Origin: a virus
Taxonomy: Duplodnaviria > Caudoviricetes
DNA length: 38,610 nt
Virus record (IMG/VR): IMGVR_UViG_3300006805_000016
Coordinates: 1-38,610 of that record
Strand: one strand, 5' to 3'
Part shown: positions 33,498 to 38,610 of the stretch, one piece after another
Position numbering within the stretch: the first letter of the stretch is position 1
How the letters are laid out: the number at the start of each line of letters is the position of its first letter
Program-made: the position numbers and the translations under genes
Notes under the pieces: generated by a model
The model's input: only the letters and a program-made list of their open reading frames with translations
Told to the model about the DNA's origin: nothing
Databases searched by the model: none

Positions 33498-34867
33498 TTG
33501 TTTGTTCCGAAAATTTTTCTTCTATAATTGCCGGTTTCATCCCGACATTCTTGATATATGTAATACTTGACCGCATCGCCCTTGTGCGTGTGCGTTTCTT
33601 TTGCGGGTTTTAATAACTTTCTTACACCTACTTGCCATTCTGTAGCGAGCCAAGAGCGGCGAAGCCCTTTGAGTCGCTTACAAATAACTAGCAAGTTATT
33701 CATTAACATTTTCTGAACCGCGTCGACCGACTCGGCCTCGGGCGCGACTGCTTTAGCGGCGCATATCTCAATTTTTCTAAAGCCTAGCTCTTTGAGATAT
33801 TTCTTTATGTTATCAAAATCCGAGCCGTCTATTTTATGGCTCTTCGCGTGCCCCGTTCTGTCTCCGAATATTCTTATAAGGGTATCGCCGAAAATATGCG
33901 GCGGGTGCTTAACTGCAAAATCTATGCAAGCGTCCGAAAGCTGGTTCGCTTCGTCGTTTGATTCGTGTATACAAACTTGTCGGAATATCCTTCGACCGCC
34001 TTCGGTGAACGGTATTCTTTGAATCGAAACCCAAGAAACCGGTTGAGCGTTAAAGTCGAAAGTTAGATTAACATCTCTATCTGGGCTCGGCTCGATATCG
34101 TCGATATCATTATATTGCCGGTAGTTACTATAGGCCGCGTTTAAAGTAAGCGGGCAGAACTTACCGAACCTATACGAATTGACTAGCCCCGGATTATGCG
34201 AGTAATCGATCATCAAGTTCTCGATATAATCGCTCGGGAGGTTATCCATGTTCTCGTCAGTCCATATTATGAACCGGCGATAACCTTTGTAATGGTTTAC
34301 ATGATCCCTATCGACTGATAGATCCCATCCTTCGTGAACCTCTGAATCAAATTCATCTGCGAACCAATTAACGCCCTGGGGCGCTCCGCCGATTAGCATT
34401 TGTAATACGGTAGCGTTTGGGCATCTTATGCGGCGACGCGCATTTGTATAAGCTTCCTTTTCGGAGTCGCCCGCCTCGTCAATCGTTACGTGAGAAACGT
34501 CGACCGATACGATAAGCTCCGGGCGCTCGAAGCTGTGAAAGTGAACCTCATGGCCTATACCTAGAAGATACGTGATCTTATAGTGTGGGCTCTTTGTAAC
34601 TTTATAATGAACGCCCCTAATAAATCCAAGGCGCTGCAAGTGCTTTTCGTACTTTGGGACGGCTCCCGTCTCTACAAGGCGGTGAGTCGGCTCAAAGAAC
34701 ATCGAGAACTTTGAGAGCTTGTTTTTAACAACTCTATCGTGGTGAAGGGTTACCAATCCGTCGGTCTTGCCCCCTCCGAGCCCTCCGGTAACACATAAAA
34801 CCTTTTTCTCGGTGTCTAGTAGTGCTTCTACTACCCACCATTTAGCCGAGAATTCTACCTCGCTCAT
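33494..34867 (-). CDS. terL: Terminase large subunit
   Basis: Walker A GGLGGGKT, Walker B VTIDEA, RNase-H-like nuclease acidic motifs FDFN, GD and HKGDAVKY. Confidence 0.93.
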   Translation of the reverse strand: MSEVEFSAKWWVVEALLDTEKKVLCVTGGLGGGKTDGLVTLHHDRVVKNKLSKFSMFFEPTHRLVETGAVPKYEKHLQRLGFIRGVHYKVTKSPHYKITYLLGIGHEVHFHSFERPELIVSVDVSHVTIDEAGDSEKEAYTNARRRIRCPNATVLQMLIGGAPQGVNWFADEFDSEVHEGWDLSVDRDHVNHYKGYRRFIIWTDENMDNLPSDYIENLMIDYSHNPGLVNSYRFGKFCPLTLNAAYSNYRQYNDIDDIEPSPDRDVNLTFDFNAQPVSWVSIQRIPFTEGGRRIFRQVCIHESNDEANQLSDACIDFAVKHPPHIFGDTLIRIFGDRTGHAKSHKIDGSDFDNIKKYLKELGFRKIEICAAKAVAPEAESVDAVQKMLMNNLLVICKRLKGLRRSWLATEWQVGVRKLLKPAKETHTHKGDAVKYYIYQECRDETGNYRRKIFGTNK

Positions 34868-35397
34868 TTGAGAGGTTCTTTCAGTTTCGGTTGAGCTACA
34901 ATCTTAGTTTCTGGTAGCTCCCTGGTCTTATCGCCTTCTTTTTCTGCCTCGGCTTTGTCGCCATATAACCAAGGCGCGATCCTTCCACATACCCATTTTA
35001 GGGCGTCGATCTGTAAGCGATCTCTATTTACTGCTGTAAGATCGGGTCTATATCCGCCCTTTCCGTCAAATAGCGGAGTGTCTCGAGATCTATCCTCGGC
35101 GATCTCAATAATTCGGTCGAAGTAATGATCAGCAAGCCCTAGCCTTGCGAACTCATAATCTTTCTTAAAATCTTCGTTATCTCTTGCCCACCTTCTTACG
35201 GTATCTCGAGAAGGGCATTTATCCGGGTAAGCTTCCTTGAGTTCCTTAAGCGCCTTAGCTAAAGAATTTCCATTCCATAGCAAGTCACATATTAGGCTCG
35301 CTATCTCTTCGTCGAACTTACTCGGGCGTCCTCGCCCTTTTTTCTCGGTAGGTTCTTGGGTAGCCTTCGACGTTTTGGCCTTTTTGTTTTTGGCCAT
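34864..35397 (-). CDS. terS: Terminase small subunit (Sf6 gp1-like)
   Basis: GRPSKF...IC...GNSL...PSRDTVRRW...F...Y..AR...RLQIDALKW...AP..YGDK. Confidence 0.9.
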   Translation of the reverse strand: MAKNKKAKTSKATQEPTEKKGRGRPSKFDEEIASLICDLLWNGNSLAKALKELKEAYPDKCPSRDTVRRWARDNEDFKKDYEFARLGLADHYFDRIIEIAEDRSRDTPLFDGKGGYRPDLTAVNRDRLQIDALKWVCGRIAPWLYGDKAEAEKEGDKTRELPETKIVAQPKLKEPLK

Positions 35398-35456
35398 CTG
35401 TTCGACAAGTCATTTTGAATAGTTGATAAAAAGGGGGTTTCGGGTTCTGCGTTTCC

Positions 35457-35864
35457 CTAGCCCCCACGGAGTGAGGTGTATATCTGGGAAGGTCTTACAA
35501 GCTTTCGCCTAACGAGCTCGCGCTCGAGAGATCCTAGCATCATATCAAGCGTCTTTCGTGCCCGCCTGTGTGATAGCCCCATCTCTGAGGCCGCGGCTTT
35601 ACATGACATTCTAGGCGAGCTCATGTGATAAAGCTCAAATAGCCGCCTGTCTTGCGCCGGGTACTGCCTCCACAAGTAATCGAAAGCTCTAATTAGCCCC
35701 GCGTGTATGTCGTGCGGGTGATCGCCTGAGAAATGCTCTCCGAGCGGCCTCTTTCTTGATACCGGCTCGAAATCACTCGGCGATTTTGTTCTTGTAGGGG
35801 GTCTTGTAAGATAGTGCTCGATTGCGTAGTAAACCGAATCAAACACAATATAATCTTCTTCCAT
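35457..35864 (-). CDS. Putative late transcription regulator (sigma70 region 4 / Q-like HTH)
   Basis: C-terminal DRRLFELYH...SCKAAASEMGLSHRRARKTL HTH; immediately upstream of terS. Confidence 0.7.
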   Translation of the reverse strand: MEEDYIVFDSVYYAIEHYLTRPPTRTKSPSDFEPVSRKRPLGEHFSGDHPHDIHAGLIRAFDYLWRQYPAQDRRLFELYHMSSPRMSCKAAASEMGLSHRRARKTLDMMLGSLERELVRRKLVRPSQIYTSLRGG

Positions 35865-35883
35865 TATGATAATATCCTATCAG

Positions 35884-36300
35884 TCAGATTCCAAACAAGG
35901 CGTTAGCGCCGAAATTTTTTATTTTTTTCTTCTTTGTAGTTATTAATTTGTCGGGGTTCTCCCGGGCGAGTTTTCTTATTCGCTCGACTAGGCTCTCGGG
36001 GTCATCTGATATAAACTCGGCGATTGCGTAAACCGTTACGACTTCGGAATCCAAAATGTCATAATCGATCGGGTCGTCAATAAACAACCAATATTTTAAA
36101 AGTTCAAACCTTACCTTTTCCCGGTCGTTTAACGGCCTTCTTTGGGCTGTGAGATAAACTCGAGCGTAATCAGATAAGCCTCTAATCAGGACATGACACC
36201 ACAAACGGCGCTCGGGTGTGCTTGTATCGACGAGCTTTTCGGAATTGTCGGGGGCATACTCCGGTGCAAGGAGTAGCGCTCGCATTATTTTGGCTCTCAA
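35884..36300 (-). CDS. Hypothetical phage protein
   Basis: PERRLWCHVLIRGLSDY...WL helical pattern; AGGCG SD with TTG start overlapping the upstream stop. Confidence 0.7.
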   Translation of the reverse strand: MRAKIMRALLLAPEYAPDNSEKLVDTSTPERRLWCHVLIRGLSDYARVYLTAQRRPLNDREKVRFELLKYWLFIDDPIDYDILDSEVVTVYAIAEFISDDPESLVERIRKLARENPDKLITTKKKKIKNFGANALFGI

Positions 36301-36620
36301 TTCATTTCGCCTTTATAAAACTCGGTTAGTTCGTTAAGCCGCTCAGTAAATGAGCGGTGCACCCTGTCATGGAAATCTAATGTGTTTTTTGTGTCGCTAA
36401 TGAATCGCCTGAATTTTATCTCGGTATCGAGAGTAAGTTTTGATAGGTTTACAAGGCGATCGAGGATTTGTTTTTGCGCCTCGCTGATTTTGTTTAGTTT
36501 GGTTGTTTCTAGCTCTTGTAGGCGTTGCTCGTGATCTTTTATTCCATAGTGTTGAGCTATGATTATATATGTCGAAAGTATGCAGTAGAGCCCGGTTAAA
36601 AAATTCAATCTTTTTTCCAC
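36297..36620 (-). CDS. Hypothetical membrane-anchored coiled-coil protein
   Basis: N-terminal hydrophobic helix followed by a heptad-like region. Confidence 0.65.
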   Translation of the reverse strand: MEKRLNFLTGLYCILSTYIIIAQHYGIKDHEQRLQELETTKLNKISEAQKQILDRLVNLSKLTLDTEIKFRRFISDTKNTLDFHDRVHRSFTERLNELTEFYKGEMN

Positions 36621-36952
36621 TCATCAAAAGTTTGAGGGTCGAACTCTATTTGTAGCTCGTAATTTTCATCAATTCCTATACTACGGAAAGAGCTTTGACC
36701 GGCTCGAAAAGCTTTTCTCTCTAAGTCTCCTATAGATGATTTTACGTGGTTTTCGATTTCGGCGCGGAGAACGTCAATTTCAGATAGCGCGAATTTATAG
36801 CGTTTCGTTAGATTTTCGTTCAAGCTCTCTAGCTGCTGAATCTTATAAAGTAAAACGCTCAACTCTTCTTTATTAAATTCAATCTTAGAGCCGCCCCGCT
36901 TAAATGTGTGCTCTAGCATGTGCTTTATGGCTTCAAATTCAGCATCTTTCAT
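36605..36952 (-). CDS. Hypothetical phage protein
   Basis: ORF track; shares ERxAFxAG...QTF motifs with 37375..37809. Confidence 0.7.
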   Translation of the reverse strand: MKDAEFEAIKHMLEHTFKRGGSKIEFNKEELSVLLYKIQQLESLNENLTKRYKFALSEIDVLRAEIENHVKSSIGDLERKAFRAGQSSFRSIGIDENYELQIEFDPQTFDEWKKD

Positions 36953-37193
36953 TATTTCGCAACCTTCTCAAAAGCTCATCTATATAAACTTCCGTTTGTG
37001 TATCTTTAACGAATTGCAAAAGCCTATCGAGTATTTCCTGGGGCGTTGTGTGTTTAGCCCACTCTAGCCGCCCGCTTTCGGAAGATGTCCAGGCATCAAT
37101 ATCAAACGAATCGAATAGAGCCGGGATTTGCCCCATGTGGTAAGCGTCTGTTAGTTGTTCTATGGAAACTTCTTCTATTTCGTCTCTAGTCAT
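36939..37193 (-). CDS. Hypothetical phage protein
   Basis: GGAGAGG SD; ATGA coupling. Confidence 0.7.
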   Translation of the reverse strand: MTRDEIEEVSIEQLTDAYHMGQIPALFDSFDIDAWTSSESGRLEWAKHTTPQEILDRLLQFVKDTQTEVYIDELLRRLRNNERC

Positions 37194-37378
37194 TTTAACC
37201 TCTCCACCACGGCCTTGAGGTCGTCTATGTCGATAACAGTTCTACCCCTGTCGTATTTGTCGTAGTACTCATACTTAACCTTCTCCACCTCCTGCATTAA
37301 ACTCTCCAGCGCATCCTTTCTGCCAAGTCCATACATTTCCTTGTCGCGCTCTGTTTGGAATACTTTAATGTCTGTCAC
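37190..37378 (-). CDS. Hypothetical phage protein
   Basis: GTGA coupling to the upstream stop; G-rich SD. Confidence 0.7.
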   Translation of the reverse strand: MTDIKVFQTERDKEMYGLGRKDALESLMQEVEKVKYEYYDKYDRGRTVIDIDDLKAVVERLK

Positions 37379-37809
37379 TCCCCCTCCCCAATAATAGCTT
37401 TTACGATTTCGTCGGCTGAGTAATTTGCATTAACCATATCCACGACATTAATAGGATATCCTCTTGGGGTATACTCAACCCGCCTCACTTCTTTCTCTGC
37501 TCTCGCCATCCCCAACGCTCTTCGTATCATGGCTTCGAATGTTTGGTATGTCCTGGTAATGACAACGGGGCACATATAATTGTCATCATTAGATACATGC
37601 TCAATCATGGAGCCAGCCTCAAACGCCTCGCGCTCGGCTGTCTCTAGGTGTTCTTTAACAATCTCGATGAATTTATCTGTAATCTCTTGCTGAGTTTCTT
37701 CGTCAAGGTCACTAATACCCATTCCTTTACGGCCTTCCAACTCTTGCAAAATATCAATAACGATATGGTGCTCGGTATCTAAATCTTCATCTCTCGTCGG
37801 TGTGGTCAT
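37375..37809 (-). CDS. Hypothetical mosaic protein (start revised to MTTPTRD)
   Basis: GGAG SD before ATG at 37809; N-terminus like neighbouring genes. Confidence 0.7.
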   Translation of the reverse strand: MTTPTRDEDLDTEHHIVIDILQELEGRKGMGISDLDEETQQEITDKFIEIVKEHLETAEREAFEAGSMIEHVSNDDNYMCPVVITRTYQTFEAMIRRALGMARAEKEVRRVEYTPRGYPINVVDMVNANYSADEIVKAIIGEGE

Positions 37810-37889
37810 TTGCTCTGATCTCCAAAAAGTCCACCTATACAAATAGCAAATGTGAAAACGGCTGTTACCCAGAAAATTACATCACTCAC
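37806..37889 (-). CDS. Small membrane peptide, 27 aa (not in ORF track)
   Basis: GTG start; MSDVIFWVTAVFTFAICIGGLFGDQSK; stop overlaps the next ATG (ATGA). Confidence 0.5.
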   Translation of the reverse strand: MSDVIFWVTAVFTFAICIGGLFGDQSK

Positions 37890-38190
37890 CTTCCCCCTCC
37901 GTCTGCTTTTGGGATTCGATAAATTCTCTTGGCAATCCTCTTCCTGCCGTTAGGCAATACTTCTCTTTCTCAAGCCAATTACAAAAAGCGTCAAGCAGAT
38001 CCCACTTCAACGCCTCCTCCCTCTCCAAAGCTCTCAGGGCTTCGGCGGTGGCTCCATCGCTATAGTTCATCGCGCACTGTTGCCTAGCTTCTTCGTCGTC
38101 TGGATGACTGCCCATAGCTTTGAGAGCATAGGTTACCGCCTCAGCCTCAATCCTCTTCGCCTCTTCGGCTGATAACTTAGTGGGGGTCAT
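37882..38190 (-). CDS. Hypothetical mosaic protein (start revised to MTPTKLS)
   Basis: ATGA overlap with the upstream stop; GGAG SD. Confidence 0.7.
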   Translation of the reverse strand: MTPTKLSAEEAKRIEAEAVTYALKAMGSHPDDEEARQQCAMNYSDGATAEALRALEREEALKWDLLDAFCNWLEKEKYCLTAGRGLPREFIESQKQTEGEGE

Positions 38191-38531
38191 ATACGTTTCT
38201 CCATCCAATCCTCACCAACGAATCGGCCCCCTTTTCGTGGGTCATAATCGTCAGCTACTTCATCACAAAATCTAGTTTCCACGCTCCTTTGCGGCCAATC
38301 CTTCTTAACCGCTTTCCACGCATCGTTCTCATGCGTAGCAGAAACTAGAGCGCACAGAGTTGCATAACCATCCCCATACCCAGAGCACCACCAACCTAGA
38401 ATTTGCTCGTTAGGTGGATACTTCAAAGGTCGATAGTCATCCGCGTATTCGTTCCAAGATAACCAAAATCGCTTCTTACTCATTCCCCTCACAGGCTTCA
38501 CCTCTTCGTCTGATAGTTTTGGTGTGGTCAT
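38187..38531 (-). CDS. Hypothetical Trp-rich phage protein
   Basis: RFWLSW...DYRP...GWWCSG...CALV pattern; GGAGAG SD. Confidence 0.75.
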   Translation of the reverse strand: MTTPKLSDEEVKPVRGMSKKRFWLSWNEYADDYRPLKYPPNEQILGWWCSGYGDGYATLCALVSATHENDAWKAVKKDWPQRSVETRFCDEVADDYDPRKGGRFVGEDWMEKRI

Positions 38532-38610
38532 GGTTGCTCTCCGAAAATCTGTATTAAACTAACGAGTAGCCCTGGCGCGGCTCCACTTATGAATCCCATA
38601 AAAAATGCGC
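38488..38610. repeat. Terminal direct repeat, right copy
   Basis: Identical to 1-123. Confidence 0.95.

Larger units (their letters stand above)
1..38487. mobile_element. Complete temperate tailed phage genome (siphovirus-like), circular assembly
   Basis: Full terminase-portal-head-tail-lysis module, tyrosine recombinase, divergent putative repressor and replication initiator; no host housekeeping genes; ends overlap by 123 bp. Confidence 0.95.

Noticed and set aside
1819-35422. Plus-strand ORFs other than 6233..6487 and 6543..6908, and nested alternate-frame minus ORFs
   Set aside because: They lie antisense to or within well-supported genes, mostly lack SDs and show no recognisable motifs; treated as shadow ORFs.
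1-38610. Alternative genetic code (stop-codon reassignment)
   Set aside because: Coding density is high under the standard code, core genes are full length, and TAA, TAG and TGA all end genes at coupled junctions.

Overview
The window is an apparently complete, circularly assembled genome (about 38,487 bp; bases 1-123 recur at 38488-38610) of a temperate, long-tailed (siphovirus-like) phage, probably of a diderm host, judged from its lipoproteins and pesticin-like endolysin. Nearly all credible genes are on the minus strand, in one run around the circle. The order is: early genes, AAA/Sak4-like ATPase, tyrosine recombinase, replication initiator with internal iterons, a mosaic of small accessory genes, late regulator, terminase, portal, head, tail, lysis, a second structural cassette and a metallophosphoesterase. 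Only a small putative repressor and a zinc-ribbon membrane protein are on the plus strand. The most unusual elements are: a tRNA-mimic-like structured RNA (5534-5660); a two-state RNA leader that can hide or expose the ribosome-binding site of the replication gene (2365-2470); a recombinase and repeat cluster inside the lytic operon; a duplicated distal-tail-like protein with nested lectin-like insertions; a secreted 361-aa protein inside the lysis cassette; and a YkgJ/FliB-like Cys-cluster protein in the head module. All product calls come from motifs read by eye and gene order; no database search was run, and the host cannot be determined from this sequence.
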